A stretch of 64,000 nucleotides of DNA from Heptranchias perlo. Lineage: Eukaryota. Numbering within the stretch: position 1 is the first letter of the stretch; the number at the start of each line of letters is the position of its first letter. The notes under the pieces were generated by a model. That model saw nothing but the letters and a program-made list of their open reading frames with translations, searched no databases and was not told the origin of the DNA. The position numbers and the translations under genes were made by a program. Positions 1-11,538 of this stretch are shown one piece after another. The DNA is taken from assembly GCF_035084215.1 (NCBI RefSeq), contig NW_027138407.1:1302001-1366000 (forward strand). The letters are read 5' to 3'.

Positions 1-150
1 TTGTGGTGTCCAGAATTGGACACAATGCTCTAGCTGCAGCCTAACAAGTGTTTTATAAAGGTTTAGCATTACTTCCTTGCTTTTGTACTCTATGCGTCTA
101 TTTATAAAGACAACGATCGCGTATATTTTTTAAACAGCTTTATGAACTTG
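1..150 (-). mobile_element. CR1-clade LINE ORF2 fragment
   Basis: Similar to the CR1 RT C-terminal region at 4169-4732; boundaries approximate. Confidence 0.6.
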
Positions 151-296
151 CCGGTGCACTGCTGCTTCAGATATACTGAACGGCAAATGGACAAATGATG
201 ATTGGTTTAAAATATCACTCTGCAGTAACTCAGAAACAAGAGTGCACTGAGTGTTGGACTCAAATCAAATTTCTCGGGGAGAAATTCTGATCTATT

Positions 297-510
297 CCGC
301 TAGATGGCAGTAAAACCCCAATTCTGAGAAATAAGCCAATCACAGCCCTGGGAAAAGCCCCTCGGTTTCCAAATAAGTGTTGATCTGCAGAGGGCCCGGG
401 GACTCGACTTTCCGCATCTCTCGACACATCGAAAAGCGAGGGGAATTTCACGGTCCGCGGTCTGCAGTGTATTACTGCGGGCTGAGAGACAGGAGCCAGA
501 GGAAGGCTCG
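297..510 (+). pseudogene. Collapsed V remnant: CTCF-like site, family-A-type promoter, FR3 fragment and decayed RSS
   Basis: 336-385 is the reverse complement of the family-A promoter; then RLSASLDTSKSEGNFTVRGLQ, frameshift, VYYCGLRD, and ACAAAAACA at ~502. Confidence 0.65.
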
Positions 511-1199
511 GACAAAAACACGACCGGAATGTCACAAAATCGACGGGATAGCGGGCAGTGTTGGGAGAAACAGGGACTGTCAGTACTTACCACACGATAG
601 TGTCGGTGCAAAAACAGGCAAATGAACAATAATGCAGGACAGTAATATCACTATTTATTATTAATAACAATAACCATGCTGTTAATTTCATGATAGGATG
701 CCCGATGAGACGGTGCTTCCAATCCCCGTTCATTAAATGAGGACCTTAATTTTCAATCTTAATGAAACAAATATAAAACCAGTTCTCATTTTGTGTCTCA
801 GGACTGTCGCCCGAGGCGGCAGGAAATGAACTGAATGGAGGGGAAGCATTTACTAACGATTTAAAGAGCCAGAGAGGAGTCAAAAACCTTCAGACCAATG
901 ACGTCTCCGCTGAATCGTGACCCCGTGAGACTCCTGGTCCCAAACAGGTTGCGGAAACTCAGAGGAGAGTCCAGAGAACACGAGAGAGCAACAATCAATA
1001 GTCTGAAGATGGAGATTGGCAGAGAGACAGTTCCCAGCAAGTGACAGAAAAACCACGGCGGAAACTGCACGGACTGATCTCATTGACAACTGAGTGACTT
1101 TGGGGCAAGTTCTCAGGTTGGTGGAAAACCGCGAGCAGCACAAACTGAGGGTTATATCCGGCATCAGCAGGCAGAACCTCTGATCTACAAAGCGGGGAG

Positions 1200-1238
1200 A
1201 GTTTCTGTCCGAGGGTTTAATTGAATTCCATCACTGTG
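1200..1238 (-). other. 23-RSS
   Basis: CACAGTG (1238-1232), 23 bp, ACAGAAACT (1208-1200). Confidence 0.95.
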
Positions 1239-1693
1239 AGTCTCAGGGCACAGTAATAAACTGCAGTGTCGCTCAGCTGCAATCCCGAAATGGTTAAAGT
1301 GGTGAATTCGGTCGAGGTCTGGAGCTCTGCTGAGAAACGAGCTGTAGCAAAATCTGATTTATACTCAACACCATCATGATCCTTCCTCAGTATATACTCG
1401 GGTTCTGTGCCTGGGTATTGCCGGTACCAGTAGAAATAGTAGACGCTCTGTGTAGTATCATAGGTACAGTATAAAGTCACCGCTCCTCCTTCCGTCTTAA
1501 CTGCTGAGGGCAGCGGCTGAGTGACAGAATCTCCATGACTCAGATCTGAAAAAGATGTTCAACAGGAAAAGATCAGACCGACGGGTGTTTAAAATTAAAT
1601 TAAAACTCAGTTGGAAATGAGAGAAAAGATGTTTGGTCCATAATTACCTGTCAGAAATGCTCCCCACACAACCCAGATGCTGAGTAGCCGCAT
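1239..1693 (-). CDS. TRAV: TCR alpha/delta V segment, singleton family, intact
   Basis: Leader 1693-1648 MRLLSIWVVWGAFLT with GTAATT donor; V exon 1545-1239 DSVTQP..TLYC..WYRQYPG..DTAVYYCALR. Confidence 0.9.
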
Positions 1694-2153
1694 TGTCGCT
1701 GTCGGCTCTGTAAAAGAGGGTTTCGATATTTGAAGACAACCCTTCGAATCCCCGCACTAAATAATCTGCTGTCGTGTCTCAGGATGCTCTCACCTCACTT
1801 CCTTGTGTCCCCAGTGGTGCTGTGAGACCGGCAGGAGGCGAGCTCGCTGCCAATCAATGGAAATACTCCGAGTTGGGCTACAGTTAGTGTCGTTACAGGG
1901 GGAATATTTCCGGCTTTTGGAGACCGGGAGTGGGAATGAGATCCTTGTTTGGTTATTGTAACTGGGAAGCACAGTGATTGTTAATGGTGACAGAAAACAT
2001 TCCAGCATTAAACAGACATCCTGATGGACAATAGGCATTGGGGGAACTCTGCTCTTGGGGCGTATTTTATAGATCGTAATCATGAATGCGTCCAACGTAT
2101 CGGGGTAAATATAACGCATGAAACACACACTGACCATTTAAACATAGACTCAC

Positions 2154-2400
2154 CGGGCAGCACGACTATTATTATCAGTAAGAACATAGGGAACACATTG
2201 TGTGTGGTTTAGAGTTCGACAGAAAATAGCGGGATGTTTTCAAGATGTTGACCTTTCTCGTCTGATATTAAAGAGTAAACTCAGATCAGGGGCAGGCTCC
2301 ATATTCTGGGAAACTGAGGGGCGTTTCCCAGGGACAGGATTGGCTGGTATCTCAGGACTGACGGCAGTTGTTCACCAATCACAGTTAGCTGTGGACCAAA
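2154..2400 (-). pseudogene. Family-A leader and promoter remnant without V exon
   Basis: Leader 2198-2154 is 45 nt (46 in intact copies, so frameshifted); promoter motifs present; no V exon follows. Confidence 0.75.
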
Positions 2401-2876
2401 TGCTGATGGCTCTCTCCAAACCGCGCTTCCTCAGGGTCCCTCAGTCTTTGTCTTGCTTTATTTCTGTCTCTCTGTCTGTCCCTATCATTCTCTGCATCTC
2501 TCTGCCTATTTTACTCTACCTGTGTCTCTATCTCATTCTCTCTCAATGAATCATGTTCTCTGCCTCTGCCACGCTTTCTCTGTCTTTTTCGCTCTTTCTA
2601 CCTCTCTCATTACCCCCGTCTCCATTTCCATTAACAGTTGCAGTCTTGAGGCAGGAGGGACATGACAAGTCGGTACAATATTGGAAAATGTTACATTTTC
2701 GAACACTGACAGCATTGAATTTAGGTGGAGAAAACCGCTCGATCGGGCTGTACTTTACCGTTCAATTTCTGTACAGATTCTCTGGTATACAATCCTGGTG
2801 ACGTCCTGCAGCCAATCCTTGATGCCGACCTGTGCCCTTCATTTGTACGAGACCGGAAAGACCTTTATTCTCTCTG

Positions 2877-3346
2877 GGTCTCAGGCCACAGTAATACACA
2901 GCGCTATCTTTGATCTTCAAGCCTTTCATGGATAAGTGAAAAGTGCCCTATATCCGCTTGAGATTCCTGGTGGCGTGTTCAAAGCCCGGAGCCCTCTCGT
3001 TATTGCCGTAACTATCGGCTCTGAACAGATACTGAGGTGCTCGGCGGTGATGCTGGCGGTACCAGAACAGGTTATAGCTCAAAGCTGAACCCGATACAGA
3101 GTAACTGCAGGTTATTGCAGAATCTGCATCGTCTTCTGATACGACTCCTTATTCAGACTGGGACACCGTGACTCCGTTACTCGTCTCTGAAAACAAGCAG
3201 CGGACACACAGTTGGTTAGATGGATTAACAGAAAGAAAATAATCACCCGGAGATGGAGATGGGAAATTGTATGAGGATTGAAGAATATTGTAGGAAGTTT
3301 CCAATATCAGCGACCTGTGATCAGGACAATAACCAGAGTCAGGCAA
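2877..3346 (-). pseudogene. TRAV: Family-B V pseudogene B1
   Basis: V exon 3186-2877 with TAA in FR1 and TAG in FR3; heptamer CAGAGAG; 5' end of leader replaced by a CR1 fragment. Confidence 0.85.
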
Positions 3347-3603
3347 GAAGGTGGCAGATGGAGTATTATGTGGGGAAATGTGAGATTATTCACTTTGGTA
3401 GGAAAAATAGAAAAACAGGATATTTTTTAAATGGTGAGAAACTATTGATCGTTGGTGTTCAGAGAGACTTGGTGTCCTCGTACAAGAAACACATAAAAGT
3501 TAGCATGCAGGTACAGCAGACAATTAGGAAAGCAAATGGCATGTTGACCTTTATTGCAAGGGGTTTGGAGTACAAGAATAAGGAAATCTTACTACAGTTG
3601 TAC
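3346..3603 (+). mobile_element. CR1 LINE ORF2 fragment
   Basis: WQMEY..KCEIIHFGRKN..RDL..KANGMLTFIARGLEYK. Confidence 0.85.
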
Positions 3604-3724
3604 GGAGAGCGCTCTTCTGTGGACAGCACAAACTTGTCATATCACACTGGAACAAACACACGAACATATATGTACACACAGACAGATATACACACACAGC
3701 CGTATGCCGTCATGGAATCAACAT

Positions 3725-3990
3725 AGACCAGGCACCAGTGCTTTTTTTCAGTAAACCATCAGGGGATCAGCACAGACCAGGGATCAGGGCCTTTACACAG
3801 TAAACCTTCAGGGAATCAGCACAGACCAGGGATCAGGGCCTTTACACAGTAAACCTTCAGGGAATCAGCACAGACCAGGGATCAGGGCCTTTACCCAGTA
3901 AACCATCATTGAATCAGCACAGACCAGGGATCAAGGCCTTTACCCAGTAAACCATCAGGGAATCAGCACAGGCCACGGGTCAGGGATCAG
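3725..3990. repeat. 49-bp minisatellite, left part
   Basis: CAGTAAACC recurs at 3749, 3798, 3847, 3896, 3945. Confidence 0.9.
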
Positions 3991-3994
3991 ATTT

Positions 3995-4745
3995 ACCTAG
4001 CATTATACAATCACAGTGCCTTACAGCACAGATAGAGGGCATACGGCCCATCATACCTCTGCCAGTTCTTTGAAAGGACTATCCAATTAGTCCCTCTTCC
4101 CCTTTCTTTCTGCATAGACCTCTATTATTTTACCTTCAAGTATTTATATAATTCCCTTTTGAAAGTTATTATTGAATCTGCCCCATTGCTTCTTCAGACA
4201 GTGCATTCCAGATCCTAACAACTCTGTGTAAACAATGTTTTTTCATGTCACCTCTAGTTCTTTTTCCAATTAGTTTAAATCTGTGTCCTCTGGCTACCGA
4301 CTCTTCTGCCACTTGAAACAGTTTCTCCTTATTTACTCTATCAAAACCGTTCATGATTTTGAACACCTCTATCAACTCTCCTCGTAACCTTCTCTCCTCG
4401 AAAGAGAACAACCCAAGCTTCTCGAGTCTCTCCACATAGCTGAAGTCCCTCATCCCTGGTACCATGCTAGTAAATCTCTTCTGCACCATGTCGAAGGCCT
4501 TAACATCCTTCCTAAAGTGTAGTGCCCACAATTGAACATAATATTCCAGCTGAGGCCTTACCAGTGTTTTAAAATGGTTCAGCATAACTTCCTTGCTTTT
4601 ATACTCTATTCCTCTATGAATAAAGCCCAGGATCCCATATGTCTTTTTTACAGCCTTCTCAACTTGTCCTGCCACCTTCAAAGACTTGTGTACGTACACC
4701 ACCAGGTCTTTCTGCTCCCTCACCCTCTTCAATATTGTGCCATTT
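3995..4745 (-). mobile_element. CR1 LINE 3' portion
   Basis: ORF 4169-4732 with LVRPQLEY, LEKLGLFS, RRLRGELIEVFK, VRIWNAL. Confidence 0.9.
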
Positions 4746-5022
4746 AGTAAATCATTAGTGAATCAGCACAGACCAGGGATCACGGCCTTTACCCCGTAAA
4801 CCATCAGGTGAATCAGTAGAGGCCAGGGATCAGGACTTTTGCCAGTAACCATCAGAGAATCAGCAGAGACCAGAGATCAGGGCCTTTGTCCCGGAAATCA
4901 TCAGGTGAATCAGCACAGACCAGAAATCAGGGCGTGAGCCTGATAAACCGTCAATCAATTAGCATTGGCCAGGGATCGCTGGCTTTCGCCAGTAAACCAT
5001 CAAGTGAATCAGCACAGACCAG
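4746..5022. repeat. 49-bp minisatellite, right part, more degenerate
   Basis: Same GAATCAGCACAGACCAGGGATC unit resumes after the LINE. Confidence 0.85.
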
Positions 5023-5218
5023 AGAGGAGCGTCACACATCTGCACAGGTACATTGCTCAGATCTTTAATCATTTAGAGCAGGCAGGCACTGAGCTGAACC
5101 ACCATGGGGGCCTCACACATCTGCACAGGTGCATTGTTCGCATCTTCCTTTCCTTCACTCTCTTCCATTGTCCTATTTCATAAGTTTCTTTGCTTTATTT
5201 ATTTTAACCTTCTGTTTC

Positions 5219-5322
5219 ATTTCCTCTTTACCTGTCTGTTTTAAACGCTCTATCCGACGATGTTTCCCCATTTCCTCTTTACCTGTCTGTTTTAAACGCT
5301 CCATCCGACGATGTTTCCCCAT
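5219..5322. repeat. 51-bp tandem duplication
   Basis: Copies start at 5219 and 5270. Confidence 0.9.
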
Positions 5323-6361
5323 CTGTTCTGCTTTTCCTCTGCTCTTTTCTCCCCATCTCCCCCATTCCCTTTACAACCCGCAGATTCCCACCCATTCCCA
5401 TGCTCCCTTGTGACACTGTGCAGTCTGCAGCCTGTGTTCACATGACCCTGAGTTTCATGCAGCGTTAAAACTCTCTCTCTCTTTGTGTCCGTGTGAGTCA
5501 CTGTACCTCAGGCTGTTTTACTCAGCCCTCTCCATTTATTGATTCCTCCATATATAATACATGGTGCAGATCCCTTTACCTCACCGCACGGCATCAGCGG
5601 GTCATTCTAATGGGTGGAATAATCAGCGCAACTGTTGTTGAACTCTTCCCTTTCTGTGTCTTTATATTTACAAATACACATCTATATCAATCTCCCTCTG
5701 TCGGTGTCTCTCTGTATCACTCACTGTACTCAGTCTCACCTTTATCTTTCTCCATCTGTTGGATCGCTCTCTCAAGGAGTATAGACAGGGACTGGGCTGA
5801 TCCACAGTGGGGGGCTTCGCTCACCCGCTCATGTACATTGTTCACATCTTTAACCATCGAGTAAGGAAGGGGATTTGGCTGTTCCATCATGATGGTTGGG
5901 GGGGGGGGGAGTTCGCTCACCTGCACAGTTCTCCTTTAAAATTTCTGGAACATTTCTGATCCGATTTTAAAATATTCCTTGAAGGAAATTGTCTTTATTT
6001 ATTGGCCAACATAAACACTTGCTGCTCATTAACCTTACTGCATACATTAATGTTAATAGATTTGAATTTCCTTTCCTTCCTTAATTCAAAGTCCCACCGA
6101 CTCCCGCCGTGTATTCAAACTAAGAGGAACCGGTTAAGTCGTGATTGGTCCTTTAAGAGGCAACGTATTGGCTCCTCTTTCGAGGTCCCGTGCTGAGCCC
6201 CGGGGTAACGGCTCTTGGGCAGGTGTCACGGCCCTGGGTCAGGGGTAACAGGCTGCACAAACTGGGTTCTTCAGCGCTGGAGACGGCCCGGGACCCCTGA
6301 CTCTGAATCGATGGGAGAGAAAAACAATCACGGAGCTCTGACGTCACTGGGCAAACGCCGC

Positions 6362-6667
6362 GGCCACATTTGTGTGACGTACGATATCGCCCATGTGTGT
6401 GACGTACGGTCAACCATGTTTGTGTGACGTGCATTCGGCCTTGTTTGTATTACGTACGGTCGGCGATGTTTGTGTGACGTATTGCCGGCCATGTTTGTGT
6501 GACGTAAGGTTGGCCGTGTTTGTGTGTCGTACTGTCGGCCATCTTTGTGTGCCGTACGGTTGGCCAAGTTTGTGTGAAGTGCAGTCGGCCATGTTTGTGT
6601 GACGATTTGTCGGCCATGTTTTTGTGACGTACGGTCGGCCACGTTTTGTTTGACGGACAGGGCCATG
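6362..6667. repeat. 25-bp CpG-rich minisatellite, about 12 units
   Basis: Unit approximately TGTGTGACGTACGGTCGGCCATGTT; in phase at 6371, 6421, 6471. Confidence 0.9.
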
Positions 6668-7499
6668 TCGACGCTTCTGGTCTGAAACTAAAGAATAAAT
6701 TCAATATGTCCTGACAGTGGAGACAGTGCGCAGCAAATGTCTGTCAACAACACCGGCCTCTGCATCATTCAGGTTTCGATAAGTTCACTGATCAAAAACA
6801 TCTACAGCAGGCCCCAGATTTGTTAGTTTTAAAACATGATTCATAATTCCACACACAATAACTTGCATTTCCGAGTGACCTTCACCCAGAAGAGATTCTC
6901 AGAGCAAACCACAGGACGGGCAAGAGATCAGAAGGACCGAAATTATTGTGAAAAATTCGGAGAACGTATTCAATGCGAAGGTGTGAAGTTATTTAGGGAC
7001 AAACTGGCAATGAATAATTTAATCGCAGCTGCAAAAGAAAACACAAACAACGTCTAATGTTGGGGCAGGGGGAACAACTGCACCTGAGTTTCCTGTGGGC
7101 GGCTGCGCACCAGCGCCACTCACGCGGGGTTGAACATTGCTGCAATGAGCGAACGGAAACGGCCCACACTTCAAAGGCGTTTCAAATGCACAATTGCAGC
7201 TTGTGTGTACCGAGCGACCTACTTTCCATTGTTACAGTTTCGGAAAAGAGCTGGGACAGATTTCAGCGTCGTTGGCACACCTGTGTGTGCAGACTGGACG
7301 TCATTCACTGTTACAAGTCAAACAGAATTGTTTCTCTTTTGAATCTATATATGGTCATAAAGGAATGGATAGAGTAGTGATTCCATTAATCTCTGGGATC
7401 TAGGTTCAATTCCAGCCAACACTCAGTTGTCCCAGGTCTCCCCCTCTCTGATAGAAAACTGGACGGTGCCATGGATCATACACTGTGCTTCCAACTCAG

Positions 7500-7722
7500 C
7501 TGCCAGCCTTGGCTCAGTGGGTCTCACTTTCACCTCTGAGTCAGAATGTCGTGGGTCCAAGTCCCATTCCAGAGACTTGAGCTCATAATCCAGACCGACA
7601 CTCCCAGTGCCAGTTCTCAAAGAGTGCAGCACTTTCGAAGGTGACATCTTTCGGATGAGACGATAAACTGAAGCACTGTCTGCCTTCTCGGCTGGAGGTG
7701 AAAGATCCCACAGACACTATTT
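7500..7722 (+). mobile_element. tRNA-derived SINE, DeuSINE/SacSINE1-like
   Basis: TGGCTCAGTGG A-box-like head; core CTTTCGGATGAGACG..AAAGATCCCA; related copy at 52488. Confidence 0.65.
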
Positions 7723-8877
7723 CTCAAATTCCTTGCCTTCACTCCCATCCCAACGTTCACCTCTCCCCAAATACCAACAGTCATTTCTTCCTTATGACGA
7801 GCAAATGGATAAATGTTCCAAAGAAATTAAAATCAGTTTATTCCTGCAATCCACACGTCGGCTCCTGTATCAAAGTTGCCTTCCCCGCTGGCACAGGCAC
7901 GGTGGGCCGAATGGCTTCCTCTGTGTTGTATGGTTCTATGACTCTATAAATATCAATTGAATTAATCTGGAGCTGGTTTCTCAAAACTGCCCGGTTTCTG
8001 CTTCTTGCAACTGAGCGAGAAATTCAACCTATCAGATTGATTCGCTCTGCAGGGCATTTCCCCGAGTGTCACGGAATCAGTTTCTTCAGGGATGTCCCCT
8101 GGGTTCATGTCATTGCGCGTTAGCTCACGGGAGCAGCACTCGGCACCGTGACATGATCCGACAGCCTTAATATCCGTTCAAACACAATGGTGCCGCAGAC
8201 AGCTTTGAAGACACACGTAAACTTATCAAGTCCCTCGTGGCCATAAGGCTGTAACTATTAATGGAGCACATTGACTGGAGTGGGAACACATTGTTAACTG
8301 CGATTGAGACAAATTCGAATAATTTCAAACTTTCACCTTAATGACAGATAGGGGGAGAGAGACAGAGAATCAGGGAGTCAGAGGGACAGATTTGATTTTC
8401 TAAACACAGGCCTGGGATGGGAGACGATAAAACAGCAAAATGATCTCAACATCTGTTCTGGGTTTTCTTTTTCTGCCCATTTGGGTCTCTCCAAACAATC
8501 ATTTCCTGCAGTTGGTGATAAGAGAACGTCCTCCTGTAGACAGTACAAGCCTCAGATAGATCATTGGAAGTACATACACATACAAACATAGAGAGATTAA
8601 CACAAACATACCGACACACACACATATGCACATATATACACGCCAACATAAACCCAGATACACATAATGGTTGATATCTGTTGAGATTATCGATGTGCAT
8701 TCAGCTCTAATTTGTTAAAGATAACTGATCTTTAACAAGTGATCAGAAAACGTCCTCCTGTGTATATTATAATCATCACATACAGCATTCGACATGCAGA
8801 CGCAACCACAGACAGACGGACACGAACGGCTTGACTGCACCTCTCACATGAAGAAAATGCAAAGACCACCCATTACA

Positions 8878-9220
8878 TGACACATGAAGGGTGTTGATAG
8901 AGTAAATAAGGAAAAACTGTTTCCAGTAGCAGAAGTGTCGGTAACCAAAGGATACAGATTTAAGGTGATCGGCAAAATTGCCAGAGGCGACATGAAGATT
9001 TTTTTCTTGTAATGCTGCCTTTCAGGGTGGTGGAAGCAGATTCAATAGGAACTTTCAAAAAGGAATTAGATAAATCCTGGAAGGGAAAATATATAAAGGG
9101 CAGTGGTGAAAGAGCAGGGAAATGGAACTAATTGGACAGCTCTTTCAGAGAGATAGCAGTGGCACGATGGGCTGAATGGCCTCCTCATGACCTGTACCTA
9201 CTATGATAGTATGACACTAC
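8878..9220 (+). mobile_element. CR1 3' end, part of the duplicated cassette
   Basis: GHRFKVI-type region and GGCACGATGGGCTGAATGGCCTCCT tail. Paralogous copies at ~12068, 16945, 19798, 22420, 29075, 33537, 36068, 38766 and 47419, each ~300-350 bp. Confidence 0.8.
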
Positions 9221-9358
9221 ATATATCACTGCGTCGATCTATCTATCTATCTGTCTATCTGTCTTCTTATCAACTCACGAGCACGCCAATTCAGTGAGAG
9301 GAGGTGAGAGACCTTTGCTGGTTTTTGTACGGTCTGACTGCGCCCCTGTAACAGTGTG

Positions 9359-9790
9359 GGCTCCATGGCACAGAGATACTCGGCAGAGTCAGAGACAAGG
9401 GCCCCGGTGATATTTAAAGAAACCGTTTTCTTGCCTTTGTCCAAATTAGCAGAGAACCGGTCTGGGAAACCTGGAGATTTATCGACATTCCCCGTGCTAT
9501 ATATCTTCAATAAATATCTCGGAGCTTCCCCGGGATCCTGGATGTACCAGAAGAGATTTGAACCAGCTGCCGAATAATTGCAGTTCAGTATTACGGTCTG
9601 TCCTTCCTGAACCGTTAATTCAGGAGGACCCTGGAACACTGAGTCTTTGCCATTCGTTCCTGCAACAAAATACAGAATGTGTGAAAAGTTTGGGAGTAAA
9701 TAGAATCCATGAAATACACGCCGACAATTTAAACATAGACTCACCGGGCAGCAGGATCATGATTATCAGTAAGGAACATGAGGAGCACAT
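9359..9790 (-). CDS. TRAV: Family-A V segment A1
   Basis: Leader 9790-9745 MCSSCSLLIIMILLP; V exon 9659-9359; RSS CACACTG (9358-9352), 23 bp, ACAAAAACC. Confidence 0.9.
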
Positions 9791-9898
9791 GGTGTGCGGT
9801 TTACAGTTCGACAGAAAAAAGCGGAATGTTTTCAATATGTTGACCCTTCTCGTCTGATATTGAAGAGTAAACTCAGCTCAGGGCCAGGCTCCACAAAT

Positions 9899-9975
9899 TG
9901 GGAAACTGAGGGGCGTTTCCCAGGGTTGTGATTGGCAGATCGCTCGGGGCTAACGTCAATTCTGCACCAATCACA
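9899..9975 (-). promoter_or_regulatory. Family-A V promoter core, representative copy
   Basis: Palindrome TGGGAAAC-N8-GTTTCCCA (9899-9922), then GATTGG, a CRE-like site and CCAATC; recurs upstream of every A leader. Confidence 0.65.
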
Positions 9976-11054
9976 GTGCATCAATTAACCGATGGCTCTC
10001 TTCAAATGCTTTGTTTCCCTGTCTGTGTGTCATTCTCTGCTTCACTCTCTTTCTCTCTGTCTCTCTGTCAGTTTTTCGTTCTCTGTCTCGCTTTGTCTCT
10101 CTTTATTGTCTGTTTAACTCAGTGTTTCTATCTCTGTCCCTTCCTTCTCCCTCTCTCTTGTCCCTCGCTTTGATTCTGCCTCTCTATCCGTCTCTTTCTC
10201 TCTATCTTTCTCTCTCGCTCTCTCTCTCACATTAAGGTGTAAAGTGAAACAATTCTAAATTAGTCTGAATCCCTGATTTCACTCAGTTCCCTGCACAATC
10301 CATGTGCTCCATTAATATTTCCATGAGGGACAACTGTAACAAATTCAGGCATTTCCGCCCCTTGTTAGCACAGACCTACAGATCTCTGGGCTACATAACA
10401 CGATCAATCTGTACAATCGAAAGTCCTGAATGTGGTGCCTTTCCTTCAGGTCACATCTCTCAAAAGCTGTCTCACCTCAAAGGGTGGCCGCGGGGGGCTT
10501 ACACCTAAAATCACTGGGATTAAAATAGTGATTGACTGAAATCAGCACTTTACTTTTACAAGTTCAACCCCAGTCGTACCGCCGCCAGCTTTCAAGAGGT
10601 ATGTGTACTCACCATGTCCCTAATGGCCTTAAGGATATAACTATTAATGGGGCACGTTAACTGAGGGGGGGAACCCAGTGATACCACTGATTGAGACAAA
10701 TTTGGATATGCTTAAAGTTATCACCTTAATAACAGAGAGAGAGAGAGACGGAGAGATAGAAAAGGAGAAAGACCGAGACAGAGGGAGAGAGAAAAAGAAA
10801 CAGAGACAGAAAGGTAGATTTGATTGTTTGAATTCGACACTCGATTACAACTGTAGAGAAATGTTACTTTTCCCAACACTGACAGCACTGACTTCAATTG
10901 GAGAAAACAGCTCAGCTCAGTCTGTATTTCCCCATTCACTTTCTTTACAAACTCTACAGAATTCAATCCCTGGCATTTTCTACACGGCAGTCCTTTCGAT
11001 AATCGAGCTCTGCCCTGTTTTTGTCTGAGGACCGAAGGACCCTTATTCACTCTG

Positions 11055-11538
11055 GGTTTCGGGGCTCAGTAATACACTGGGCTGTCTGTGATCGTCAAGC
11101 CCTTCATGGATCAGTAAAAAGTGCTTTGTGTCCGGTTGAGATTTCCGCTGAAGTGTTCAAATCCTGGATCCGTCTCGTTATACAAATAACTATCGGCTCT
11201 GAACAGATACTGAGGGGCTCGGTGAGTATACTGGCGGTACCAGAACAGGCGGTAGATTCTAGCTGAACGCGATCAGAGTATGTACAGTTCATTGCTGTAT
11301 CTGCATCCACTTCTGATCCGACACCTTATTCAGACTGGGACACCGAGTCTCCGTTACTCATCTCTGTAATTAAAAAGCGGATAAGCACCGAGTTAGAAGG
11401 AATTAACAGGAACAGAATAATCATCCGGGAATGGAGAGAGCAAAATGTATCAGCATTGGGGAATATTGTAGGAAGGGTCCAATATTATCGATCTGTGAAC
11501 AAAACAATAACCACAGTCAGGCAGCGTGTCACCTCCAT
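11055..11538 (-). pseudogene. TRAV: Family-B V pseudogene B2
   Basis: V exon 11363-11055; FR1 TAA; second Cys changed to TGA; leader donor lost; heptamer CAGAGTG. Confidence 0.88.

Noticed and set aside
6362-6667. CRISPR-like array, also considered for the 49-bp repeat
   Set aside because: Head-to-tail units with no unique spacers, no cas genes, vertebrate context
7500-7580. tRNA gene
   Set aside because: It is the head of a SINE that continues into a SINE core
9356-9577. Recurrent plus-strand ORFs MGSMAQRY...
   Set aside because: Antisense shadows of A exons with non-ATG starts
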